A stretch of 64,000 nt of DNA from Octopus vulgaris (lineage: Eukaryota): the NCBI GenBank assembly GCA_951406725.2, contig OX597833.1, forward strand, positions 6,510,001 to 6,574,000, written 5' to 3'. The notes under the pieces were generated by a model. That model was given only the letters and a program-made list of their open reading frames with translations. It made no database searches and had not been told where the DNA came from. A program made the position numbers and the translations under genes. Shown in pieces: positions 1-13,705 of this stretch. Position 1 is the stretch's first letter, and each line of letters starts with the position of its first letter.

Positions 1-282
1 TGTTTGTATATTTATGTTCTGATACGAAAATCTTTGTATTTTCCTAAGGAAACGTTAGGATACCGCTTAATCCTTTTATCTTGCGTCTTTATGAAAAGCA
101 TTTAAACAGCTTTCCATCTTTTCTTTAGGAAAATGCAGACTTTTTTTTTATATCTGTAAATAAATAACTAAATGAATAATGAAAGAAAAAATATCTCCAT
201 CGTTTCTGACTTGCTTTTCTATCCTTGTTGATATATTCCACAGCACACTACCAATAACTTTTAGCCATGTGTGTGCGACTGT

Positions 283-283
283 G

Positions 284-321
<38 letters not shown>

Positions 322-332
322 CATACACACAT

Positions 333-372
<40 letters not shown>

Positions 373-915
373 GTACATATACATTTATCAACACATATAT
401 ACATATATATTCATATATATACATACGCACACACGCATATATATATACATTTATACGAATATATATATATACACACACATATATATGGATATATATACAT
501 ATATACACATGTATATATATATATGTGTATATATACATATGCATATTTATACGTATACATACCTATGCATGTATATATTCATACATACATATAAATGCAT
601 ATACACGTATACAAACATATATATGCATATATATGTATACAAACATATATATGCATATATATATGTATACAAACATATATATGCATATATATATATATGT
701 ATACATACATATATATGCATATATATATGTATACATATATATATATATGCATATATATGTATACATACATATGCATATATATATATGTATACATACATAT
801 GCATATATATATGTATACATACATATATATATGTATACAAACATATGTACATACATTTACGAACACAAACATATATATATACACATACAGACATATACAC
901 ACACAAACACATATA
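283..915. repeat. Compound (TA)n/(CA)n/(CATA)n microsatellite, representative of dozens in the window
   Basis: Direct reading; explains the YI/HT/CV-rich pseudo-ORFs. Confidence 0.95.
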
Positions 916-1121
916 TGACTGTTAGTTTGTATAGATATGATAAAAAAGTGACGACGTGTCACAAAATCATTGAAACATGGAAGACGAAAGCTTAGAAAAA
1001 CTGTGACTGTTCTGTGCAAAATGGCGTTTGCTATGTTTTCATTGGCGGAACAGAGATCGGTCATTGATATGCAACAAATGATAAGGAAACGGTGAGCGAG
1101 TGATCTAAGTCATGATGAAAA

Positions 1122-1392
1122 TCATATCATCGCAGGCTCTTCGTCGATATCGACGAGGGCGAACCCATGTGTATCGCAACGAATTGTAGCATTATAAATA
1201 GGCCATTCTTTAACCCTGGGGTTCAGGTCATTAAGCTCTTCCACGGGTCTAGGCAGATAAATTTTGGGGCATGATTCTGAAGAGTCGATCTTCGATTTTC
1301 TCTCTATGACGCCCCATGCATCAATGATTGCAAATACTATTGCATAATACTTTATATTCACGAGGTTGGTTTGCGATGAAACAATTGTAAAT
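1122..1392 (-). CDS. Candidate terminal coding exon of an unidentified minus-strand gene
   Basis: Unique, more GC-rich island between microsatellites. Minus-strand acceptor ctttttatttcatag. Only one frame stays open: FTIVSSQTNLVNIKYYAIVFAIIDAWGVIERK...WPIYNATIRCDTHGFALVDIDEEPAMI*. No family recognised. Confidence 0.45.
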
Positions 1393-1744
1393 CTATGAAA
1401 TAAAAAGACTTGCCATTCCCCTTCGTTTCATAGTTACATACCAATCTATCTATCTATCTGTCTATCTATCTGTCTATCTATCTGTCTATCTGTCTGTCTA
1501 TCTATCTATTTAATTATTTCTATCATTCAGCTGCTGCATCACTCTCTAACTTTCTCTCTCTCTTTCCCTCTCTCTCACTTTCTCTGTGTCTCTCTCTTTC
1601 CCTCTGTTACTATTCCTGTCTTTCACCATTTCTCTTATTCTATTTGTCATTCACAATAAATATATCTTAATCTTTCATATACCTCTCCTTCTATCTCTCT
1701 CCCTTTCTCTCTCTCTCTGTCTGTCTCTCTCTCTCTATCTCTCA

Positions 1745-1786
<42 letters not shown>

Positions 1787-1952
1787 TTCTTTCACACCGT
1801 GTCTGTGTATGTATGATATATACATACATATACACATTCATACACATATATTTGTACGTATGTGTGCGTGTGTACGTGTATATGCGTATGGCTAGATACA
1901 TATAAATATATAGCAATATGTGCCAATGTAAATGTGTGTGAATCTGTATGTG

Positions 1953-1994
<42 letters not shown>

Positions 1995-2414
1995 TATATA
2001 TGCACACGCACAAATGCGTTCACACAGTGCATACTCAGACGCATCTACACACACACACACGCACATATACACATATATACACACACGCGTGTGATTTATT
2101 TGATGGCAATTTTATTCATGCTTTTGTTATTGCTGTTGTTAAACGCAGCCTCATTATTGTTGTTGTTGCTGCTGTTGTTGTTTGTAGGTTAACACATCAA
2201 TCTCCAGCGACCAGAAAGAAAAAAAAAATTAAAAAACAAAATACAACAACCAAACAAGAATAACATCAATACTACTGATACTACTACTACTACTACTAAT
2301 AATAATAATAATAATAATAATAACAATAATAATAATAATAACAATAACAATAACAATAATAACAATAACAATAATAATAATAATGATAACAATAATAATG
2401 ATAATAATAATAAC

Positions 2415-2452
<38 letters not shown>

Positions 2453-2455
2453 TAA

Positions 2456-2509
<54 letters not shown>

Positions 2510-2650
2510 TAATGATTATAATGATGATGATGATGATGATGATGATAAACTATAAATAAAAACAACTAAAAAATTGATAAGGAAAATTTTAATTCAACGT
2601 TGAAGAACTGAAGGAATCGTGAAAATTACCAAAAGACACTAAAGATAAAT

Positions 2651-2699
<49 letters not shown>

Positions 2700-4486
2700 G
2701 TTGCTGCTGCTACTACTAGTAAAGATAATTATAAGAACAATAATAATAATCGCAAGTATAAGAAGAAGAGCAAGAAATATTTAGAAAATAAAAGGAAAAG
2801 AAGAGAACGGTGGAAAGAGTTCAGAGCAATAAGTCTGCGGAATTGCTGGCAGAAGGTTGTAAAATGGTAGGAATAAGTGCAAGAACAATAAGAACAATAG
2901 CAAGAACATGAACAACAACAGAGAAAAATAATTAATTCAACAACAGTAACAACAATAATATGAACAGCCGTAACGACACCACCAACATTAATAACAAAAG
3001 CAAGAATTACATTAATAGCAACAACAACAACAACAACGAAAACAACAGCTGCTGCATCCACAGTAGGAACAACAACAACAACAACGCAAAACAATCGAAG
3101 CGGTCGCAACAGTAACAACAACAACAACAACAGCAGCAACAGCAGCAGCAGCAGCAACAATGACAACAAGAAATAGATATGAATCTGATGGTTTGTTGGC
3201 AAAAAGCTATAAAATGTGGATTGGGGGAATAAACGTTTCTGGGAGTCAATAGACATCAATTTTGATGGCAGCTAGCGTAAGGTCTAACTTAAATAATGAC
3301 GGCAAATAGAGTTTTTGGTAGGGTTTATTTTCGCTGTTCCTAATTCGTCATCCTGTATTTGGCGATTGCGTAGCGCCTTGCTTGATAATGTGCCATAATG
3401 ATGGCGCATTTTGCCAATTTCAGCGAGAATCTTATTTATTTTCTTTTATTTTTGTGATAAATTATGGAGAAGGTGCAAGCATGGCGGTGCAGTGAAGGCG
3501 CTTGCTTTGAGCACACGTGGTTTAGGATTCAGTTGCACTGAGTGGAATCTCGGGCAAATGTATTCCACTGTAGCCTCGGGTCAACCGACGCTTTGTGAAG
3601 GATATTAGTAGTGAAATACGATTTAGAATCCCATCGATGCGTACAAACATGCATATGTACCTACAGGCATGTCGACATGCATGCATACATACATAAAAAA
3701 AAACATAACTCTTTGGTACCTTAGAACCGACGTTTGGTCAACACACACACAAATATACGCATATGTGTATTTGTGTTAGTGTACACAGACACACACATAT
3801 ATTTATAGATGGACAGATAGATAATGAACATGCATGCATACATGCAAACATACAAATACAACCATGCTCACACACAGACACATCAGTGTGTTCGTGCCCG
3901 CGCGTATACATACATGCATATATATATAGATATATAAATATATACATACATACACACATATATACACATCATACACACACACATATATACACATGTTCAT
4001 ACACACACACATATATATACATACATACACACATATATATACATACACACACACACATATATACATACATACATACATACACACATACATACAACACACA
4101 CATATATACATACATATACACACATATATGCATACACACACATATATATATATATACATACATACACACATATATATATATATATATATACATACACTAA
4201 CACTCATATATATACATACATATACACACACATATACATATACATACACACGCACATATATACATATATACATGCACACACACATATATATACATACATA
4301 CATACATACATACATACACACACACACATATATACATATATACATGCACACACACATATATACATACATATACATACATACATACACACACACACATATA
4401 TACATACATATACATACACACACACACACACATATATACATACACACACACACACATACACACATATATATATATATATATATATA

Positions 4487-4893
4487 GGCGCAGAAAGTAG
4501 CTGTGTGGTAAGTAGCTTGCTTACCAGCCACATGGTTCCGGGTTCAGTCCCACTGCGTGGCACCTTGGGCAAGTGTTTTCTACTATAGCCTTGGGCCGAC
4601 CAAAGCCTCGTGAGTGGATTCGGTAGATGGAAACTGAAAGAAGCCCGTCGTATACACACACACACATATATATGTATACGTATGAATGTATGCATATGTG
4701 TGTCTATATTTGACGCCACCATCGCTTGACAACCGATGTTGCCGTGTTTATGTCCACCAACATTGCGTTACTTAGCACAAGAGAGACAGAATAAGTACTA
4801 AGCCTACAAAGAATAAACCCTGGGGTCGATTTGTTCGACTAAAAGCGATGCCCCAGCATGGTCGGAGTCAAATGACTGAAGCAAGTAGAAGAA
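4487..4893 (+). mobile_element. tRNA-derived SINE family A
   Basis: A/B-box-like head (ggcgcag..gctgtgtggtaag..ggttcagtccc), ccttgggcaagtg core, internal TA/CA microsatellite, tail gactgaagcaagtagaa. Six long copies in the window. Confidence 0.85.
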
Positions 4894-5516
4894 AAATTAT
4901 ATATACGTATATATGTATGTATATATATATATATATCCCCCTCTTTCTCCTCTACTCTCGTTGCTCACACGTGACCATCGTCCATCTTTCTTTTTCTCTC
5001 GTGATCATCTTCCTTTTCTTTCAGGACTGTCCTAGAGGCTGGACGTATCCTATCCACCTCCCTCTTCTATCTTTTCTCTTGTCAAAAGAAATATTTCTCC
5101 AGCGTTCGCTATTTTACACTTGTTCTTGTCTATCGACCATCCATATTTGTTTTCGTTCGGTTTCTTTGCATGCCTCTACTGTGCTGTTTTTGTTCCCAAC
5201 CATAAATCCCAAATTTTATTTAGGTATTTGTGGGAGCAACTGCCTTCGAAGACTCATATTGTCGTTCAATGCTCGAAATGAGGAGTAGACAACTGATGAA
5301 GGGTCGTTCTTTATGTTACTTGTCCTGTTTACCATTTATTTCTCTCGTAGTTTGCGTATTCAACTCACTTGTTTTCGTATTTCATGTTGTTTACTGTTTG
5401 TAACGTCCTGTATCCATATATGCATATCTATATATATGCCTATATATATATATATATATATAATTTTATATTATTATTTGATTGAATGCCACGCATCCAT
5501 TTCCAAGTAGGTTTAT

Positions 5517-5563
<47 letters not shown>

Positions 5564-6153
5564 CATTGTGTGTCTATATCTATGCATTCAGTTATATACA
5601 TACCTATATATATACATACATGCACATTTATTTATAAATATGTACACACAGATACATATGTACGTGTGTATGTTATATATACATACATGTGTGTGAGTGT
5701 GCACACACGAGTATGTGTTTATAAATATCAAAATAGATAACACACATAAATACTTTTGCTAAAATAGTAACGCAACAAATCACTGTTGCATGACAACTTC
5801 CGGTTGCAGTGAAGTAAATCTCTCACTTCCTGTTAAAAGCTACAGCATAATGGCGAATTAATGATGTGATGAGGTGTGACTGACAAGGAAACTGCTGTGA
5901 CGTCAGCACACATACTCTGGTCAGTTTCGAAGTAATTTGCATCTCTCTCTCTCTCCCTCTCTCTCTCATGTTCTCTTTCTATGTCTCTTTCTTTATGTGT
6001 GTCTCTCTCGATCAGCTCCTTTGTCCGTGTGCCGTGTGTCTCACCGTCTGTGTGTGTGTGTGTGTTTGTGTGTGTGTGTATGTGTTTCTCTCTCTCATTT
6101 ATATATATGTATATGCATAAATGTGTATATATATATACATAAATGTATATATG

Positions 6154-6189
<36 letters not shown>

Positions 6190-6364
6190 GGTCCCGGATT
6201 GAGTCGGGGTTAACCACAGTAAATAAGGTACTCAATACATTGCAGAGTAAATTAATTTATTTTATAGAAGGAGCTTCTACAGGACTAGTACTGTTTCATT
6301 CAAATGAAATCATCAGGATGATTTCATTTGAATGAAACAGTACTAGTCCTGTAGAAGCTCCTTC

Positions 6365-6368
<4 letters not shown>
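6190..6368. repeat. PLE pseudo-LTR-like remnant ending in a perfect 52-bp inverted repeat (6263-6314 / 6317-6368, 2-nt spacer)
   Basis: The arms are exact reverse complements. The minus strand contains CTGATGA-tttcatttgaat-GAAAC...GTC. Flanked by (TA)n on both sides. Confidence 0.8.
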
Positions 6369-6421
<53 letters not shown>

Positions 6422-6542
6422 GTGTGTGTGTGTATATATATACACACACATATATAATATATACTATTTAATTATATATATGTATATATATATGTGTGAG
6501 TGTATGGATGTATGTATGTATAGCTCCAGATACACTAATACG

Positions 6543-6588
<46 letters not shown>

Positions 6589-6768
6589 CATACACACAGT
6601 TTGGAGTGACGTCTCCATTTTCTTTTGTCTTTCATTAATTGAGATTCTGTTCTGTACTCTCCCGATACCGTATTCTAATATATTCTTAAGTATATCTATT
6701 CTGAGCCCTAACAAATGGTTGCTAGTATCGCTGTGCAAAACGAAATCAATTTTATATATATTTTTTTT

Positions 6769-6819
<51 letters not shown>

Positions 6820-6890
6820 ATATTATATATATATTATATATATATATATATATATAATATATATATATATTATATATATATATATTTTTT

Positions 6891-6962
<72 letters not shown>

Positions 6963-7470
6963 GCATATACAGACATACACTTACATACGAGACACCTGAT
7001 GACGCCTGGAGATAAAACAAAACGAAATGTTACATAAATGTAGAAGCAAATACATACCCCTCCCCCCACACAAAAGAACAAACAATCCTTTCACCTGTAT
7101 AGGTGTACTTAAAAGTCTGGAAAGCTATAAAAGTGTCGACAATAAGTCATCTCATTAATTTTTAGCCATTTAATTAACTCTAAATAATTAAGATATTATC
7201 ATACTTGTCGTGTCTAATTATAGGTTTAATTAAATTCAACTTAGCATAGATAATGCGGTGTGTTATTCTTTTAGTTGTTAATTGATGGAATATAATAAAA
7301 CACACTCTATATGTCGATCTGTGATCATATGGGCAGAATTTATAACCAATTCCACAGAGAATATTAATCTAATTACATTCTGTTTACATTAAATATTTAT
7401 TTATGTGTTAATGTATCTACGGGATATATATGTACGTGTATATGTAATTTTATATATTTGTGAGTGTGTG

Positions 7471-7505
<35 letters not shown>

Positions 7506-7701
7506 AAGTATATACATATATATATATAGGTATATATACGCGTATGTGTATATATATATATAGGTGTATACATGGATATATATACGTGTGTATATATATA
7601 TATAGGTATATATATATATAGGTATATACATAGATATATATACGTGTATATATATATATATAGGTATATATATATATAGGTATATACATAGATATATATA
7701 C

Positions 7702-7744
<43 letters not shown>

Positions 7745-8057
7745 AACACGCACACGCACACATATGCATGAATAAAAAGGAGACACACTCCGTCGTTTAC
7801 GACGACAGCCTGCTCGTGAAATTAACGTGCAAGTGGCTGAGTATTCCACAGACACGTGTACCCTTAACGTAGTTCTCAGAGCGATTCAGCATGACACAGA
7901 GTGTGACAAGGCTGGCCTTTTGAAATGTAGGTGCCACTTGTTTTCGCCAGCTGAGTGAACTGGAGCAACGTGAAATATAGTGTCGTACTCGAGAGCACAA
8001 CACGCCACGCAAATACATACATATACACACACATATGTATGTGTGTATATATACAAA

Positions 8058-9115
8058 TATAAATAAGAAAAAAGCAACAAGAATGGATTAGTTGTTCAGT
8101 ACAATTGTTTCATACGAAGAACAGATTTATTTAAAGCTGCAAATATTGCAGCAAATACAAGTGTCCCGTATTCATCAGCCAAAACACATATGAGTTTTCC
8201 AAACATCCTAGGGGGTGAGGCTACACTCATGAAGTATCGGAGAGAGTATCTTCCTCTACTGATAGCCTTTGACCCCTTTAATTCTTTCCTCTGATCTCTA
8301 TATTCTTTATCCCGCCATTAACTCTGTAGGAGTGGCAGTTAATAGCTGTTTGCTGGTCAAAAATAATGTTCCCTTATAAATCTAAAATTCCTGCAACACT
8401 GACCTAGATTTTTCTGTCACCACAGAAATAAACTAAATTTTGTAGGTTGTGTACTTACACCCCCTTCCTCCCATAATGTCCTTATTTGGGCGGTTTCTGC
8501 TTCACTGACTTTTTTTGCGATTTCTTTTAACCACTATAGCCAATCTCTTCTTCCCACAACGTAGTTTGTGAAACGAACAGAAGTGTGATCAACATCTCAT
8601 ATATCAGGAAATTACATCTGCATTATTATGGATACATTCATCTACTCTTTGAATAAAATCTCTCCTCATATCTCCGGAAATTACACCTGCATTATTATGG
8701 ATGGATTTACCTTTTCTGTGAAGCTAACAATTTTTTTAAAAACCTTTTATAAAACTGTGCATCATTAGAAAACATTTTAAGTCTGCTTACAATCTAACTT
8801 TGCTTTTCATAGAACTCTCTCCGATACTTCATGAGTGTAGCCTCACCCCCTAGGATGTTTGGAAAACACATATGTGTTTTGGCTGATTAATACGGGACAC
8901 TTGTATTTGCTGCAATATTTGCAGCATTAAATAAATCTGTTCTTCGTATGAAACAATTGTACTGAACAACTAATCTATTCTTGTTGCTTTTTTCTTGTTT
9001 ATAATCACCCCACATTATTTTATGGTTAATACCATAAAGATTTCTGGTGCATCTAAGTTAAGTACCACATTCATGTGAATTCACTGGAATTCACTTGAAT
9101 CTTAATTGTTTTACA
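8058..9115. mobile_element. Fold-back element with ~190-bp inverted repeats (8058-8247 / 8814-9003), probably PLE-derived
   Basis: The arms are near-identical reverse complements and carry an HHR-like motif. Unique sequence continues ~110 bp past the right arm, as expected for a partial inverted pLTR. Confidence 0.7.
8095..8185 (-). ncRNA. Hammerhead-like motif with extended stem-II insert, in the left arm of the 8058/8814 inverted repeat
   Basis: Minus strand reads GTTTTGG-CTGATGA-ATACG-[~50 nt including a gctgcaa/ttgcagc hairpin]-CGTAT-GAAA-CAATTG-TA-CTGAA. The right-arm copy (~8876-8966, +) has a CTGATTA core mutation. Confidence 0.5.
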
Positions 9116-9409
9116 TATATAAATATATATGTACACACGCACACACAATCGGTCTGAGCAGACCATGGGGCGAGAGGAGAAGTCACTAAGTCATTGAAAA
9201 TGTCGTTAACAGCAACGAAAGGTCTTTCGCTGACAAACAATCGATTGATAGTTTAAGCAGCACATTAAAACAAATGATCGATTATTTTGTTGGTTAACTA
9301 TTTAACCAATTCACGAACAATAAGAAGCAGAACTGAACCTCTGTGTGTGTGTTATTATTATTATTGGTGTAATGACTCACCCAAAACAATGACACATGGA
9401 TGCATGTAT

Positions 9410-9492
<83 letters not shown>

Positions 9493-9604
9493 TTTATTAA
9501 AAAGCAGCAAAAATATCACAAAAACTGTTACTCAGAGTTTCACGTTCCCGTTCGTCGGACAGTTTTATTCAAACACATATTCATTTATTTCTCTCTCTCT
9601 TTCT

Positions 9605-9654
<50 letters not shown>

Positions 9655-9657
<3 letters not shown>

Positions 9658-10272
9658 TAATCCCTCGTCATATCGCGGTTCATCTATCGCGGTTTATTAT
9701 TTAAGCTTACGTCGATCCCTCCATGGTGTTGCTTTGCATTTATAAATTATGTTTAAAAAATAATAATAATAGGCGCAGGAGTGGCTGTGTGGTAAATAGC
9801 TTGTTTACCAACCACATGGTTCCGGGTTCAGTCCCACTGCGTGGCATCTTGGGCAAGTGTCTTCTACTATAGCCTCGGGCCGACCAAAGCCTTGTGAGTG
9901 GATTTGGTAGACGGAAACTGAAAGAAGCCCGTCGTATGTATATGTATATATATATATGCGTGTGTGTGTCTGTGTGTGTTTGTTTGTCCCCTAGCATTGC
10001 TTGACAACCGATGCTGGTGTGTTTATGTCCCCGTTACTTAGCGGTTCGGCATAAGAGACCGATAGAATAAGTACTGGGCTTACAAAAGAATAAGTCCCGG
10101 GGTCGAGTTGCTCGATTAAAGGCGGTGCTCCAGCATGGCCACAGTCAAATGACTGAAACAAGCAAAAGAGTAAAGAGAGAAAAGAGAGTACAGTATTGTT
10201 TCTACTTCGCGGATTTTCACCTATCGCGATCGGTTTTGGAACGCAACACCTGCGGCAGTCGAGGGATTACTG
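9655..10272. mobile_element. pogo/Tigger-like MITE interrupted by SINE A
   Basis: Terminal inverted repeats tagtaatccctcg ... cgagggattactg followed by TA; internal tatcgcg motifs. Confidence 0.65.
9772..10188 (+). mobile_element. SINE family A, nested in a MITE
   Basis: Near-identical to the copies at 13301 and 25086. Confidence 0.9.
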
Positions 10273-11491
10273 TATGTATATATATATATATATCCCAAAA
10301 TTCTTGATCTACACATCTTCCACAGTTCCGCCTGACACATCTGTGACATCTGACTTACAAGCCAGGCATTATACACTCATATGGTCCGCAGTAATGTTCT
10401 ACACACACATACACCCACACCTTATATACACTCGCGCTTCCTCGCTACCGTGACACCTTTATCTACCTTTAGTTCAGCTTTCAATCAGCTTCGTGCGTTC
10501 CACTTCATCCTCCCCACCCTCCTCCTCTAGCATAAGATCGATAAAATATATATAGGTTCGATAAGAAGGTCGAATTAACCGATTTTGTAACAACGGTTTT
10601 CTTTGCAGTCACTGTCATCATCGTCATCATCATCATCGCCACCACTACACCCCCATAGCCACCATCACTAAAGCTACTACTACTACTACCACTATCACCA
10701 CTACCACCATCATCATCATCATCATCATCGTCGTCGTCATCACAGACACCTACACTGTAGCCACCAACATACTGCCGATACCACCATTACCATCATCACC
10801 AGGAGGTATAAAGAAGCTTCGCTGATTAAGAGAATCTAGTGTGTTGGTGAGTAAATATATGTTTACTAAACCAATGGCCCGCGAGATTTTTTCTTTCCTA
10901 ATTAACATTCCCGTGGGACGATGTTTTCAATCATCGTCCCACTGGGTTAAGCAAAGCTCCAGTGGAAAGCGAAACTGTGACTCGTGTTATGAATGCAGAA
11001 ATATAGACTCGTTATTCGCCAGGCGTTGGCAAACTGTTTTTTGAGGTGAGCTAGATTAGAAATTGTTTTTATATCTTGCAAGCCAAAGAGAGGAATATAT
11101 GAAACCATTGCCACACAACGCTATAGAAATAGATTATATTTTTTAAGATATAAAATCTTAAACATCACCCGTTGTTATGAAGGAATCACTGCATACTTTA
11201 ATGATTTAAAAGATTCTATTTTTTTATGTGTGACACAGCAGTCGGCAGTGAAGAGTTAAAACATTTTTACGTTGAGCTCAATGGGAGCAATTATGGCTTG
11301 GGGCATAGTTGTTGCATCAACTAGTTTAGCTGCGTTTCTTAACGGACAACTAAAAATATCTTTGGTAAAGGTTTTTAGGAAAAATATTTTAGTAAATATT
11401 TTTAGTAAGGCAATTGTAGCCTCCGGATAAGTAATGGTACCAGCTCCTAGTTCACCTGTTTTCCTCAAAAGATAAATATATTTTAGTGATA

Positions 11492-11663
11492 AGCCCAGAC
11501 GTGGTTGTGTGGCAAGAAGCTTGTTTTCCAACCACATGGTTCCAGGTTCAGTCCCACTGCATGGCACCTTGGGCAAGTGTCTTCTATTATAACGCTGGGC
11601 CGACCAAAGTCTCGTGAGTGGATTTGCTAGACGGAAACTGAAAGACTGAAAGAAACCCGTAGC

Positions 11664-11739
<76 letters not shown>

Positions 11740-11948
11740 TGACAACCGGCGTTGGTGTGTTTGTCCCTTGACAACCGGTGATGGTGTGTTTGTCCCCGCA
11801 ACATAGCAGTTCGGCAAAAAGACCGATGAATAATTTCCAGGCTTAGAAGAAAAAGTAAATCACTGAGGTCGACCCCTTCGTCTAAAATTCTTCAAGGGGA
11901 TGCCCCAGCATGGCCGCAGTCTAATGATCGAAACAAGTAAAACAAAAT
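11492..11948 (+). mobile_element. SINE family A
   Basis: Same head, body and tail, with an internal duplication of gacaaccgg..tggtgtgtttgtccc. Confidence 0.85.
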
Positions 11949-13075
11949 ATAATAAAGATCGATTCGCTTGAGACTGTTTGACAAAATTAAGATTTTGCTC
12001 TCCTTTTCGGCATTGAATGGGAATAGCTTCCCTTGTGTCCTTCAGCAAGACACACTACTCAATTTGTACAGCAAGACAATTAGTGTCAACCGCAACAAAT
12101 TAGCAGCGGTTTAGCCCCGAGAGAGAATGGCGCCTCCTAGTGTCAGCCGCTAAGCACAATGGAAGCCAGGTTAAGCTCAGATATAATGGGTCTGTAGATC
12201 AAGTCAGATTTTTCTTAACCCATATTCAGCAAAATCTGTGAGCCGGATGAAATGAGGCCTTTGGGTCGTAGTTTACTGCCCCTTGTTATAAACAACAAAC
12301 CCTAAGATGTTTATTAGCTAATAATAATTCCATATTACATGGTTATTAGTTAAAATCCAGAAGCTAATATATTGTGCTTCATTTCGATATAACACTGCTG
12401 AAGCCCTTTGATGTTTCTCAGATACAGTTCGGAAGCAGATTTAATATCAACATTTCCATAGGTTTCGCCCACTTTCTAATAATCAACCGAGTTTATAATC
12501 TCTCTAATTCCTCTTAATGGTGTTTTCTAGAATTAATATTAAGTGAATTATTAAACAGTGAAACTCTGCTCCTAATATAATCACAAAACAACAGAACAAG
12601 ACAACGTCCCATTATTTTGTCTGTTTAAGACATTAGTCTTAAGAAATTAGTCTTAAGTAAAAGAAAATATGTAAAGATATTGGTAAAAACATAAAAGAAA
12701 TCTAAACAATATGGCGAGAGACAGATTCAGGAAAGATTGTAGAATAATTTGGGTGAGATTTTTGTTTTGATTTTCTCTGACGAAAATTCGGTCCTAAAAC
12801 GTGAAGTTCCGCTTCTCGTTATAAAGTAATAACATATAAACCTACCCAAAGGTAGGACACTCAATGTGTGGCCCAGTGGTTAGAGGTGTCGCGCTCACAA
12901 TTACAAAACGTGGTTTCGATTTCCAAACCGGGTGATGCCTTGTGTTCTTGAGCAGAACACTTCCTTTCATTTTTGTTCCAGTTCACTCGAATGTAAATCG
13001 TTAACCTTGCAACGGACTGGCCAGGAAGACACTCGGCAAGAAATTGAAACAGAATTGAAAGAATATGCAAATGAA

Positions 13076-13128
<53 letters not shown>

Positions 13129-13300
13129 TAATCTGTTTATTGATTGACATGAGTATCCCTTGTGATCACAATATTGTGGTTAAACTCAGAAAATAAACAT
13201 AATTTGCTCATTGCAAACGAAAAAAAATGTGGTACCTCAAAGTGATTACAACACCAGTGATTATAGGCGCACTAGGAATTACAAAAAAAAAAAGAAACAT

Positions 13301-13705
13301 GGCGTAGGAGTGGCTGTGTGGTAAGTAGCTTGCTTACCAACCACATGGTTCCGGGTTCAGTCCCACTGCGTGGCACCTTGGGCAAGTGTCTTCTTCTATA
13401 GCCTCGGGCCGACCAAAGCCTTGTGAGTGGATTTGGTAGACGGAAACTGAAAGAAGCACGTCGTATATATGTATATATATGTATATGTGTGCATGTGTGT
13501 CTGTGTTTGTCCCCCTAGCATTGCTTGACAACCGATGTTGGTGTGTTTATGTCCCCGTCACTTAGCGGTTCGGCAAAAGAGGCCGATAGAATAAGTACTG
13601 GGCTTACAAGGAATAAGTCTCGGGGTCGAGTTGCTCGACTAAAGGCGGTGCTCCAGCATGGCCGCAGTCAAATGACTGAAACAAGTAAAATAAAATAAAA
13701 TAAAA
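13301..13705 (+). mobile_element. SINE family A
   Basis: Full-length copy ending gactgaaacaagtaaaa(taaaa)n. Confidence 0.9.

Noticed and set aside
5243-5305. Possible decayed hammerhead(s) in a pLTR-like stretch
   Set aside because: Core too degenerate, and the downstream CTGATGA lacks a GAAA partner; not supportable as a feature.
6990-7032. CTGATGA...GAAA possible hammerhead
   Set aside because: No convincing stem II or stem I pairing.
10358-10397. Possible 40-nt minus-strand exon (HYCGPYECIMPG) phase-compatible with the 1392 acceptor
   Set aside because: Good donor but no polypyrimidine acceptor, and the surrounding sequence looks repeat-derived.
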